This document shows, piece by piece, positions 1 to 10,221 of a DNA stretch of 64,000 nucleotides. Below the pieces are notes generated by a model. That model saw only the letters and a program-made list of their open reading frames with translations, made no database searches and was not told where the DNA came from. Source of the DNA: an uncultured Planctomycetaceae bacterium. GTDB lineage: Bacteria > Planctomycetota > Planctomycetia > Planctomycetales > Planctomycetaceae. Made by a program: the position numbers and the translations under genes. Where the stretch lies: contig CAWFAK010000005.1 of assembly GCA_963813715.1 (NCBI GenBank), positions 1,184,001 through 1,248,000 on the forward strand. Reading direction: 5' to 3'. Each line of letters starts with the position of its first letter. The first letter of the stretch is position 1.

Positions 1-1715
1 GCCTGCGGCCTGCATATCGGCCAACACGCGGATCAGCGGCCGCTCCAGCTCCCAGTACAAGTCCCACAGCTTTTCCTGCTTGAGCTCTTGCTCGACGACC
101 CGCGCGAGCGAGAAGGCGACCTGCGCGTCCTCGGCCGCGTATTCGGCGGCCTTGGGGATGTCGACCTGGTCCATCGACAGTTGCTTGGAGCCCGTGCCAA
201 TCAAGTCGCGGATCGGAATCGTGTGATGGCCGAGGAACTTTTCGGCCAGCACGTCCAGGCCGTGAGCGCGGGCCCCGGCATCGAGCAGGTAATCGCCGAC
301 CATCGGGTCCAGGCCGATTTCGCCCAGCTCGATGCCCTGCTGCCGCAGCACCAGGATCTCGTACTTGATGTTTTGGTTGACGATGACGTTCGCTGCGTTC
401 TCCAGGTGCGGCTTCAGCGCCGCGAGCACGCGTTTTGGATCGAGCGTGCGTTGCCCTGCCGGGCTGCGCACAGGCAAGTAGTACCCCAGGCCTTCCTGCC
501 AGCTGAAGGCCCAGCCGACGATCTCTGCCCGGAGCGGGTCGACGTTGGTCGTCTCCAGGTCGACGGCAAACGTCCGCTGCCCGGCGAGCTCTCGCACAAA
601 GTCGGCAAGCGCCGCATCGTCATCGACAATCTTGAAGCCGCGATAGCGCGACGGATCGACGTCGGTGGGGACGGTGCGCACCGGCGCGGGGATCGGCTTT
701 GCGGCGGGCGGTTTCTTTTTCACGGGCGAGTCGTGCGGTTCGCCCAACACGAAGGGTTCTTCCTCCGCGTCCGACTCGCCGAGCAACGCGGGCTCGCTGC
801 TGGCGGGCGCTTTGACCTCGCTGGGGTCAGGCAACAGGGATTGCTGCGTCGCGCGGACGGGGGCTTCGCTTCGCATTTCGTCGGCGAACCGTCGAAAGCC
901 CAGATCGGTAAAGAGAGATCGCAGCCGCGCGCGGTCGGGCTGTTTTATGCGGGCCGCCTCCCAGTCGACGTCGATCGGCAAGGTGGTATTCAGCTCAACC
1001 AGCTTGCGGCTGGTACGGGCCTGGTCGGCGAAATTTTTCAGGTTTTCTTTGAGCTTCGCCCCCGGCGCTTTGTCGGCGTTCTTCAACACTTCTTCGAGCG
1101 TGCCGAACTGCTGCAGTAGGGCGGACGCTTTCTTCGGGCCGACGAGCGGAATGCCGGGGACGTTGTCGACGGCATCGCCCACGAGCGACTGAAAATCGAT
1201 CACCTGGTCGGGCCGCACGCCCCAATCGAGATCGAGCGAGGACGCGTCGTAGAACGTGTTCTTGCGGACGTTGAAGATCTGGACGAGGGGTCCCAGCAGC
1301 TGGCGAACGTCTTTGTCGCTGGTGACGATCCGCGACTCGATCCCGCGCTCGCTGGCCAGCCGCACGACGGTGGCGATGACGTCGTCGGCTTCCCAGCCCG
1401 AATAGCCCAGGGCCGGGATGCCGAAACCTTCCAGCACCTCGAGGATCCGCGGGATCTGCGCCGTCAGGTCGACGGGCATTTCGGAGCGGTTGGCTTTGTA
1501 CTCGGCAAAGACCTCGTTGCGGGTCGCCGGTCCGGATACGTCGAGGCGCAGATCAGATGGGTGGCGCCGGGCAGGGCCCGGATTGTCTGCAGATCGCGGG
1601 TGAAGCCGAAAACGGCGTTCGTCGGCTGCCCGCTCGGTCCGGTCATCTCCGGGATCGCATGGAAGACCTGGAAAACGAGCGAATACATGTCGACGATAAA
1701 CAACGTCTCGGGCAT
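1..1715 (-). CDS. polA: DNA polymerase I, N-terminal part (5'-3' exonuclease and 3'-5' exonuclease domains); runs off the window edge; frameshift near 1545
   Basis: MPETLFIVDMYSLVFQVFHA..PTNAVFGF; after the frame change YKANRSEMP, GWEADDVIAT, IVTSDKD and LVGDAVDNVPGIPLVGPKKA, which are PolA 5'-nuclease motifs. Confidence 0.95.
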
Positions 1716-1957
1716 CAAGTCCTCGAAGGGGTTGGCGGGTCGCCGGCGGTTTGGCGACTAGGGTTTGGCCGACGGTTTGAGATTTTCCCAATCTCGCCGC
1801 TTGTTTTCGAGCGGACGGGGTCGAAGAATCGCTTCAGGCCGGTTTTGCGTGGTCGCTTGCGTCCTGGACTCGACCCGGGGGGCGGATTGGCGACCGTTCC
1901 CGCACGCAAAACCTGACCGCGCCGGCAGATCGGTTGAGCGGGGATCGCGGAAACCGC

Positions 1958-1985
1958 TTGACTTGCCTTCAGGCCCCTTTACACT
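1958..1985 (+). promoter_or_regulatory. Candidate sigma70 promoter for the gene at 2191
   Basis: TTGACT-16 nt-TACACT in the divergent intergenic region. Confidence 0.45.
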
Positions 1986-2190
1986 CGTAGGATAGGGGTC
2001 CGCGGGCGCGAAATCAGCCCCCAAATCCGCTTACAGCAGCACCGTAGACAGCAACAACGTCGACACTGTCCTGCGAACCGGCCCGCGTCCGATCCCGAGT
2101 GGGGCGCGGACTGTCGTTCTCGACGGTCGAATTCCCGAACACGGCCTCTCGTCGCACGCTCAAGCACGTCTTTCCGAATCGGAGTGAGTA

Positions 2191-3711
2191 ATGCCGGCTG
2201 CCAACAAGTCCACCGGTCTGCAGATCGCGCTCGTGTTCACCGTCATGGGCATGATCATCGCGTTCGTCGTCGCCTTCCTCCAGTATCGAGCGGCGGCCGA
2301 TGCTGACGCCCAGAAAGCAGCCGAAATCGAAAAGAAAAACGCGGCCGAAAAGAGTCTGCAAACCGCGACCGCCAACTTGCAGAGCCTGCGGCAATTCCTC
2401 GGCTATCCGAACACCGACGAGATCGGGAAGACCGACGCCGAGGGCGAGAATTCGGTGATCGGCCAGTTGCGGACGCTGATGGTGCGCGTCGCCCCCGGCG
2501 AGCTGACGATGCCGACCGTCGCTGCCACGCTGCAGCGCGTCGGACAGGAACTCGACACTCTGCAAAAGGACCGGGCCACCTTCAACGCCCAGACGATCGA
2601 CCTCAATAAGCAAATTCTCGCCTTGCGCGGCGAATACCAGGGCATGGTCGACGCTCACACGCAGGCCCAGAAGAAGGCCGAGGGGGATCGCCAGGACGCC
2701 CAGACGAGCAAGGAAGAGGCGGTCACCAAGAAGGAAAAGGAAGTGAACGACAGGCAGGCGGAGATTCAGAGGCTGCAGTCTGAGAACCAGCAGGTCCGCT
2801 CGGACGCGGTGAAGGATAAAGACGCCAGCACGGCGCGCATCACCAAACTCGCAACGATCAACCAAGGCTTGCGGACGGAGAAAGACGCCCGTGAGAAGTG
2901 GAGCTTCGAGGTCCCCAGCGGCAAGATCGAATGGGTCGATCTCGACACGGGGCAGGTGTGGATCAACCGCGGCAGTCGCGACAACCTCCGCAAAGGGACG
3001 ACCTTCAGCGTGTATAAGCAGGTCAACGAGGGCGTTGCCCGTGGCCTGAAGGACATCAAGGGAGCGATCGAAGTCACTAGCGTCGACGGCGACATGGCGC
3101 AGGCCCGCATCACCCGCCAGCGGATCAGCGATCCGATCGTGAAGGGGGACGAGGTCTACACGCCGCTGTGGGCCCCGGGGCGCAAGGAGAAGTTCGCATT
3201 CGTCGGCCTGTTCGACCTCGACAACGACGGCGTCAACGACCGCGAAGTGCTGCACGACCTGGTGGCCGCCTCCGGTGGCGAGATCATCGACGAAGTGGAC
3301 GACAAAGGCGCCCGCCATCCGACCAACGGCAGCATCAACGTCGGCACCAAGTTCCTCGTCGTTGGCAAGATTCCCGACACCTACGAAGCCAAGCCCGAGG
3401 ACAAAGAGGCCGATCGGCTGATTGGCGAAGCCCACAAGAAGATGATCCAAGAGGCGCAAGAGCACGGCGTTCGCATCGTCACCATCGAGGACTTCCTCAA
3501 CTACATCGGCTACGAGCCGGGCCGCCGCATCTGGCGTCCGGGTGTGACGCAGGCCTGGAACCTGCACCAGGGTATGCAAGGGAACGTGGCCCGTCCGGAC
3601 GCCAAGAAACGTCCCGAATCGATGGGTCGCACGTCGCGGGCCTTCACCAACCCGAACGCCCCGCAAACGGAGTCAACGGGCCGGACCTCGCAGATCTTTA
3701 ACAGCAAGTAA
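2191..3711 (+). CDS. Membrane-anchored coiled-coil protein with C-terminal BRCT-like domain (planctomycete-type hypothetical)
   Basis: 506 aa ORF with GGAG RBS, N-terminal TM (IALVFTVMGMIIAFVVAFL) and long coiled-coil. C-terminal FAFVG..GGEI..TKFLVVG..AQEHGVRIVTIEDF resembles BRCT. Confidence 0.75.
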   Translation: MPAANKSTGLQIALVFTVMGMIIAFVVAFLQYRAAADADAQKAAEIEKKNAAEKSLQTATANLQSLRQFLGYPNTDEIGKTDAEGENSVIGQLRTLMVRVAPGELTMPTVAATLQRVGQELDTLQKDRATFNAQTIDLNKQILALRGEYQGMVDAHTQAQKKAEGDRQDAQTSKEEAVTKKEKEVNDRQAEIQRLQSENQQVRSDAVKDKDASTARITKLATINQGLRTEKDAREKWSFEVPSGKIEWVDLDTGQVWINRGSRDNLRKGTTFSVYKQVNEGVARGLKDIKGAIEVTSVDGDMAQARITRQRISDPIVKGDEVYTPLWAPGRKEKFAFVGLFDLDNDGVNDREVLHDLVAASGGEIIDEVDDKGARHPTNGSINVGTKFLVVGKIPDTYEAKPEDKEADRLIGEAHKKMIQEAQEHGVRIVTIEDFLNYIGYEPGRRIWRPGVTQAWNLHQGMQGNVARPDAKKRPESMGRTSRAFTNPNAPQTESTGRTSQIFNSK

Positions 3712-3790
3712 GGCCCGGCAAGAATTAGGCCCGGCTACAAGCCAGGCCCCGGCACCAAGCTAGTTCCTGGCCACAAGTCAGGCACGAAGC
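3711..3790. repeat. Degenerate tandem repeat of about 17 bp (AGGCCCGGCNNCAAGNN), 4-5 units
   Basis: aggcccggcaagaatt / aggcccggctacaagcc / aggccccggcaccaagct / agttcctggccacaagtc directly after the stop codon. Confidence 0.55.
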
Positions 3791-3878
3791 ACGAACGACG
3801 AAGCTCGAATGAGAAATGCCGCTTGAGCGCAAAGGAAGTACGCTTCCCGCGGGCTTAGGTCATTCACTCATTCCTTCG

Positions 3879-5590
3879 TCATTCGTGCTTTGTCATTGGC
3901 TGCTCACTGTCCTGCTGGTAGAGGCCGGCCAAAAGCACGCCGCCGCGACGTTCTTCCACGAGCGGGCTGTGCTCGGCAACGAGTTGCTGCAATTGGGGCG
4001 AGAGGTCGGCCAGCCGACAGAAGACGAGCAGGTACCCGGCGTGCCGCGGCTGATCGGCGTCGTAGGCGTGCAGTCGAATCCCGCGCCGCCGCAGCACGGG
4101 CGATTGCGTGAGCATCTCGTCGAGCTGGAAAGGGTGGAGCACGGGGGCGACGTCGATCTCCGCTCCGTCCGGCACGGCCTGAGCGGCCCGCTCGAGAAAA
4201 TCGCGGGTCACGGACGCGCCCCAGTAGTCGAGTTCGAAGCCGAGCCGGTGCGCGCTGCTCAACCCGCCGACCGCTCCGTTGTAGGCGCTGAGGAAGCAGG
4301 GCCACGTCGCCACGATGCCCCAACTCTGCCCGACGAGAAACAGGCCGGCCACCGCAAGGGCGGCGCGTCGCGGCAGCCGTCGGCAGAGCCAGTCCCAGGC
4401 TACCGAGCCCCCGCGACCGATAAAAATCGCCCACAGGGGAAACGAGACCAGAAACAGCCGTGCCCCGTCATAGACCGCAATCCGCGGAATGCTGAAGAGC
4501 ACGAGCGGAAAGAGCAGAGCTCCCAGCACCAGCTGTTCGTGCCGCGCGAATCGCAGCCGCGTCCGGCCGGCAAACAGCCCCAGTCCGCCAAGGGCTTGCA
4601 GGCCGAGCGGAACGGTCGTGAGAAACAGGACCGCACAATAGTGCCAGGGATGGCTGCGATCCGCGTAGCGCGTGCCGAGGTACCACAGGTAGAGCGTCGG
4701 CCGGTCGGTGGTCCGGCCCAGGTATTTGAGGAAGTTGGTGACCGGGTGCCACCAGAGCCAGGGCCAGCAGAGAAAAAAGACCGCCAGCGCCACGCATCCG
4801 CAAATTGCCAGGGGCACCACAGCCCGCAGCCGCCAATTGGCGAGCGCCCAAATCGCCAAGGGAACGGGTAACAGGGCGCCCTGAATTTTGGTCAGCATGG
4901 CCGCCCCCAAAGCCAGACCGGCCAGCACGGCCCACGGCCAGCGCACGCCCGCATCGCTCGTCCACGTTCGCGCCACGACCAGCACGGCCACCAGATAGGT
5001 GCAGCCAATGCAACGTCTCGAGCGCGGCCAGGTGCGCGTGTCCGAAAACTCGCGGCATCAGCACGACGGCGAGTCGCCGCCACAACTCCGGCCGTGCGGC
5101 CGTACCAGAGCGTGGCGGTCCAGCCGCACAAGAAGACTGTGATCGCGAAGGCGGCGGCCGACCCAACCCGGGCGGCACTCGTCACAAACGCGAACGCCCC
5201 CGGGTGATTGCGGGGCGGCGCAACGGCAATCGTCGCGTTATGCCAAACCCCGAGCCAGACGCGGCCGAGCGGCGGATGATCGGGATTGTGGTAACCGTTT
5301 TTCCAGTCGGGTCCCAAGTCATCAAAGTCGCCGAAGACCTGCCGAAGCGTGAGGATCCGATCGCCCGAGATCCATCCGAGGGCCCAGACCTTGAGCTCCT
5401 CGACGAGCCGCACGCCCTCCTGCACGTTGAACGATTCGTCGATCGTGAGTCCGGGCCCTTGCGGCGCGTCGGGATAGTCTCCGGCCGCGTCGATGGCAGC
5501 GACAACGACCACGAAGGCACAGCCGGCGAGCAGCGCGGGAATGAGCCACGCGCGCGGCGGTCGAGCGGAAGCAGAGGGCGAAACGGCCAT
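3879..5590 (-). CDS. GT-C family (ArnT/PMT-like) membrane glycosyltransferase; frameshifted at about 5000-5070
   Basis: GLTIDESFN, PDHPPLGR, RVFGHAHLAALET and AMLTKIQG motifs plus many TM segments, spread over ORFs 4892-5590 and 3879-4991. Confidence 0.8.
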
Positions 5591-5690
5591 TCCGCTACTC
5601 TATGACGCGGTGCGCAGGCCGGACAATGCGAGCCTGCACCTACCGACCAAAATGGTCGTAGGCCTGCGCGACACGTCAATGCGCCCAACG

Positions 5691-5737
5691 CAAAAACCGA
5701 TGCCGGCCGCTAGGGTTGTTCGCGGCCGGCATCGGTT
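5691..5737 (-). terminator. Rho-independent terminator downstream of the response regulator
   Basis: 16-bp perfect stem aaccgatgccggccgc / gcggccggcatcggtt ending in a T-run on the minus strand. Confidence 0.7.
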
Positions 5738-5847
5738 GATTTCTGGGGTCGACTTTTGGGGGGTCGAGCGATCGGGGCGGGGCGTTGGTCCCGGGTCTTG
5801 TCCTTAAGACCCGGCGGCCGACTCTCGTCGGATGAACTCGCTGTGCT

Positions 5848-5964
5848 GGGTCGCACGGACGGCTGGTCCGCCGGTTGGGTGGCTCCGGCGACTTGTCCGC
5901 CCGCTTGGGCGACCCTCGCGGCTTGTCCGCTTGGTGGGTGGCCCTGGCGGCTATCCGCCAGTGG
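5848..5964. repeat. Four degenerate tandem units (29-30 bp) of the GGGTGGCACTGGCGGCTNGTCCGCCAGTG REP
   Basis: Units start at 5848, 5877, 5907 and 5936, each resembling the REP arm at 15501-15533. Confidence 0.7.
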
Positions 5965-5981
5965 TTGCGGGCGGATCCGTC

Positions 5982-6554
5982 TTAGGCGAGCTGCTTCTTG
6001 CGTCCGACGAGCGTCCGAATCCGTTCGGCCAGCAGGGCCGCGTCGAACGGTTTGCGGAACGTCTCGCTGAAGACCGTCCGATCGAAACCGCTGGCGTTGT
6101 CATCGTCGTTCAGCAGTCCGATCAGCACCGTCTCCGTGTATTCCGTGTTCTTGCGGAGATTCTGGGCGATCATCAGCGATTCGTTGCGTCCCATTGCGAA
6201 GTCGATGACGACGCAATCCGGGTGCAGCGACTCGGCCTGAATTCCGGCCTCGAATCCGCTCACGGCCGACTCGATTTTGAAGTCGTCCGTTCCCATCATT
6301 TCATGCAAACTGCTGCGGACGGCATGGTCGGCGCCGACGAGCAAAATCTTGCCCATCGCTTCGTCTTCCAGCTCACCCAGCGGCATCCCGTGTTCCTTGA
6401 GGAAGCGAATCAGGTGCTCGCGGGGAATCCGCCGGTCCTGGGAACCGGGGATCCGATAGCCGCGTAGCCGGCCCGAATCAAACCACTTGCTCACGGTGCG
6501 GGGTGCCACTTTGCAGATCTTTGCTACTTGTCCAGTAGTGAAGATCGTCCTCAT
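5982..6554 (-). CDS. Excisionase-type HTH plus receiver-domain response regulator
   Basis: FTTGQVAKICKVAPRTVSKWFDSGRLRGYRIPGSQDRRIP (HTH_17), then a REC domain with PDCVVIDF and RKPF. Confidence 0.9.
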   Translation of the reverse strand: MRTIFTTGQVAKICKVAPRTVSKWFDSGRLRGYRIPGSQDRRIPREHLIRFLKEHGMPLGELEDEAMGKILLVGADHAVRSSLHEMMGTDDFKIESAVSGFEAGIQAESLHPDCVVIDFAMGRNESLMIAQNLRKNTEYTETVLIGLLNDDDNASGFDRTVFSETFRKPFDAALLAERIRTLVGRKKQLA

Positions 6555-7609
6555 TGCGGGCTCTCCAATCGGTATCTCTAGGCCAACTCAGAGGGTTCGT
6601 CGGGCCCTCAGGATCTTCACCCCTAGCACGATGGCCGGCTCTCCTAGCCACTCGGTCCGTGACATACAAGAACCACCGCGGTCTTGGGTCGGGGTCCGCA
6701 ACAATCCGCGCGAGAGCACCCTGAGAGGAGCCCCCGCTCGTCCCGTTGCGTGCCTGATCATCAGGCTCTGGCAATACGTCGGGATCGTCGTCGAACAAGC
6801 GCTGTGCGAGACAGAACTGTCGACGAGGGGGCAAAGGACCGGAGAGGTCCTAGCGCACGAACTTCCGGCTCGCGCGGCAGGTCGAATCCGAGTTGTCCAT
6901 CCCCCCTAGGACGTCTCTCGTCCGCTCATCAGCCGCGTCCTGCGACTTCACGGGGCGACCGTGCGACGAGCCAGCCAAAAAACGTCTGACGTATTGTTTC
7001 GACAGCCTCCGTATGAGGACTTTAGGTTCTTTACCGGCGGTGCCTGAAACGCCCGTTGTCCGAAATGCAAGACAGCTTTTCGCCTTCGTCGACCGTCGCA
7101 TCCCGATCTGGCGGCTCAATCGACGCCGTCGCGCGCGGTCCTAGCCATTCGGATCCGCATCCTTGGCGCGCAAGGCATCCTCGCGCACGGGCGGACTCGG
7201 CAATCTTGGCGGCGGAATTGGAGCCGGAAGTCGGCAGATTCTCGGCGAGCGGGTTCCCAGAGCGACGGGCGACTGGCGCGAAATCTGCGCCTGCGAAGCG
7301 GACCGCGGAACGCTCCTAGCGCTCGGCTACACCCAATACCGCTTCTCAATATTGTACGCAGTGGGACCGTCTAGACGAGGGGGGTGATTTATTGACAGTC
7401 GCCCGCCACAACGGTTCGCTGCGCCGATCGACCGCCGGGCAGAAAGTTACCTCGCGCGAAGCGATGCGTGACTCTGGCTGCAACCCACCGGGATTCTGGC
7501 ACCGCTCGCGATTGGCGGCGGAACGCCCACTGCGCCAGGGCGGCATGTTTGCGGCGGCCAGGCTTCCCTAAGGCCCGAAATCGCGAGAGGCTTGATCTCC
7601 CTGCGCCGT

Positions 7610-10009
7610 CTACGTTGTCACTTGATTCGCGCCCACGCTGAACGGGCCGGCGAACGGCAGCAGGTTGCTGTAGAAGTCCGTGGCCGTATCGGCGAAGTAG
7701 CGGTCGATGAATCCATCATCGCCAAAGTGGTACGGGTCCCACGTGAGTCCGAACGCGCTCAAGTCCAGTCCCGCATCGGCGAGCGGTGAATTGGGCTGCA
7801 ATTCGTAGGCGGTCAGAGTGATGAGCCGGTTCGCGTTTCCGATGGTCCCGCCGCCGCCCGCGTCGGTCAGCCCGGGTTGCACGTTCAGGCCGGAAGGCTG
7901 GCCGTGGACGGTCTCCTGGCCGGTCGCAGCCCGCCAGCCTGGCAACGTCTGATAGGTGACGCCGTTCCAATCGATTGCCAGCGGCGACTTGCCCGACCAA
8001 TAGTCGTTTCCCTGGAAGAGCACGCCCGTCCCCGTGCCATCCCACGAGACGACCGGCACGCCGCCGGTCGTCTCGAAGATGTTGTTGCGGACGTCGATCG
8101 TACTGCCGAGCAGGCCCAGCAGCCGGATGGCCGCCGGGCTGCTGGTGGCCGAGGCGTCCATGAAGACCGTGTTGTTGTAGATCTGGGCGTTGATGACGTC
8201 GGCCCCGACGAAGATGCCGCCGTAGGTATTCTGCTGCGTGCGGGCGTCGTCCTGGCTGATGTTGTCGCGGATGATGTTATTGGTCGAAGTCGCCCCGGTT
8301 TCGGCGAAGAGAAACAGCCCGGCACCGTCGTTGTCGTGTGAGTAGTTGAATTGCATGATCGAATTGTTGGTGACGTCGAGAATGATGCCGTCGCCATCCG
8401 AGTTGCCTGCGTGGTTGCTGTAGGACTCGTTGTACTGCAAGAGCACGCGGTTGTCGGCAATGGCTTCGATTCCGCCCGTCTCGCCGTGGTTGCCGGGCAG
8501 CCACCCGTTATCGCCGGTCACCGAGCGCTCGATGACGACTTCGTTGGCACCGAACACCAAAATGCCGTAGCCGGAATCGATGCTCGCCGAGCCGGCGTTG
8601 TGGATCGCCGTCACGTAACCGATATAGATATCTCGGGCTTGCCCCTGCCCCTGAAGTTGCACGCCGCCGTTGCCATTGTTGTTGGCGGTGACGAACGTGA
8701 CCGAGACATTCTGAAAATCGCGGGAGCCATTGCTCCCGAGGAAATTGACGCCGGTCTGGCCGAAGCCAGTTGCTGACACGTTGCTGACCGACAGTCCGGA
8801 TTGAGCGACACCGGGGAGGTCGCTCGTAAATTCGATGCCGTCGCCCGTGTTCGTGGCAAAGCCGCTGCCGAAAAGGTCGAGATCGGCGATCGTGAAGTGG
8901 CTGCTGTCAGCGACGGAAATCGCCGTGCCCTTCCCGGCGTCAATGTTCGCCGCTCCGTTGCCGTACGAACCAACCGTAATCGGGCCGATGTCCTGGCTGT
9001 TGAAGGCGAGGTTGCCGTCAAATGTGGACCCGCCTTCAAACAGGATCTGGTCATCCGGCTGAAACTCGACGCTGTTCACATGACTGATCGTGCGCCAGGC
9101 CGTCGCGGCCGAAGTCCCCGCGTTGCTGTCATTCCCCGTGGGACTGACGAAATACGTGGTGTTTGGCTTGGCGACGATTTGCGGCGCCGCCGTGCCGCTA
9201 ATTGCCAGGTCACCGAAATAGTCGGCCTGTACGCCGGCCTCGCCGCTGCCGGTGTAGTCCTCGAGCGTCACGTAGTTGGTCGAGTAGACGCCGTGCGTGC
9301 TTGAGAAAATTGTCTTGCCGTCGATCGACAGCGTGAAATGGCCGTTGGCGGGATTAATGGCGAAATCGATCGAATAAAACTGCCCCGGAGAAGTCTTCGC
9401 AGCCAGGAAGCCGCTGGTCAGCTCGGTGTTGTTGCTCCACAGCTCATACTCGCCGTTGTTGCGGACGAGCAGGCCCGTGCCGGGATTGATTACGAAGGAG
9501 CCCGGCGCGGCGCCAAAGACCACGGCCGCCCAATGATCCGCGGCCGATCCGCTCCCGGGACCGAGCGGGTCGATGTCGACGGAGAGATGTTGCATGCTCA
9601 AGCCATTGGCGGCGAAGTCGCGATCAGGCGAGACAAACGTGAATGTCTGATTCGCCGACGGCTCGGTTGCAAGGCGGAGCGTGTTGGGAAGGGCCGGGTT
9701 GTTAACCTGCGTCAATGGATCCAGCGTCCCGCCGGCTCCGGTTGCGATGCTTTCCACATAGGGGATCGGCGCCAACGATCCGCTTTGCCGACCGGCCAGC
9801 CCGTGATTCACATCGTTCCAGCCGCCGCCCGCGGGATTCGCAGTCGTCGTGAACGTGTCCGCAAGCAGAGTGGCGGAGAGCAGCCAGCGACATTCGAGCG
9901 CTTCGGCATTCAAATGACGCCGACGCCGCGAAGAACTGCGACCGGCCGAGATCGAAATCGATCGCCAGACGTTGGAGACGCGCGCGAGCCAAAAGTTGTA
10001 GCGGCACAT
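7610..10009 (-). CDS. Secreted right-handed parallel beta-helix protein (pectin-lyase-like) with planctomycete extracellular leader
   Basis: ATG at 10009 with GAGG RBS; RRRHLNAEALECRWLLSA leader; TYFVSPTGNDSNAG..AWRTI; PbH repeats such as NNSIMQFNYSHDNDGAG. Confidence 0.85.
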   Translation of the reverse strand: MCRYNFWLARVSNVWRSISISAGRSSSRRRRHLNAEALECRWLLSATLLADTFTTTANPAGGGWNDVNHGLAGRQSGSLAPIPYVESIATGAGGTLDPLTQVNNPALPNTLRLATEPSANQTFTFVSPDRDFAANGLSMQHLSVDIDPLGPGSGSAADHWAAVVFGAAPGSFVINPGTGLLVRNNGEYELWSNNTELTSGFLAAKTSPGQFYSIDFAINPANGHFTLSIDGKTIFSSTHGVYSTNYVTLEDYTGSGEAGVQADYFGDLAISGTAAPQIVAKPNTTYFVSPTGNDSNAGTSAATAWRTISHVNSVEFQPDDQILFEGGSTFDGNLAFNSQDIGPITVGSYGNGAANIDAGKGTAISVADSSHFTIADLDLFGSGFATNTGDGIEFTSDLPGVAQSGLSVSNVSATGFGQTGVNFLGSNGSRDFQNVSVTFVTANNNGNGGVQLQGQGQARDIYIGYVTAIHNAGSASIDSGYGILVFGANEVVIERSVTGDNGWLPGNHGETGGIEAIADNRVLLQYNESYSNHAGNSDGDGIILDVTNNSIMQFNYSHDNDGAGLFLFAETGATSTNNIIRDNISQDDARTQQNTYGGIFVGADVINAQIYNNTVFMDASATSSPAAIRLLGLLGSTIDVRNNIFETTGGVPVVSWDGTGTGVLFQGNDYWSGKSPLAIDWNGVTYQTLPGWRAATGQETVHGQPSGLNVQPGLTDAGGGGTIGNANRLITLTAYELQPNSPLADAGLDLSAFGLTWDPYHFGDDGFIDRYFADTATDFYSNLLPFAGPFSVGANQVTT

Positions 10010-10221
10010 TGCTGAGACCTCGTGAGGGCTTGGCCCGCGCGGCAATCGTAGGAGGTCTCGTGCTGAGGCGGCAACACGAACCTGGTGAATTACTCGCAAG
10101 GTGGGGCGATCCACGCGCAAGTGCGTGCTTGTCCCCGGTGCCGTGGTGGTTAAACAAGTCGCGAATCGAAATCCGCATTGGACGGGTTCTTTAGTGCGGT
10201 CCGGCGCAGTAATCTCTGGGG

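Noticed and set aside
88..3666. Long antisense ORFs (88-1119, 2014-3666, and similarly 28923-30770, 44069-45661, 58931-60331)
   Set aside because: They are shadow ORFs opposite well-supported genes in GC-rich DNA and have no recognisable motifs.
6555..7600. tRNA, tmRNA or RNase P RNA in the long intergenic region
   Set aside because: No cloverleaf, T-loop or other diagnostic conserved motif was recognisable by eye.
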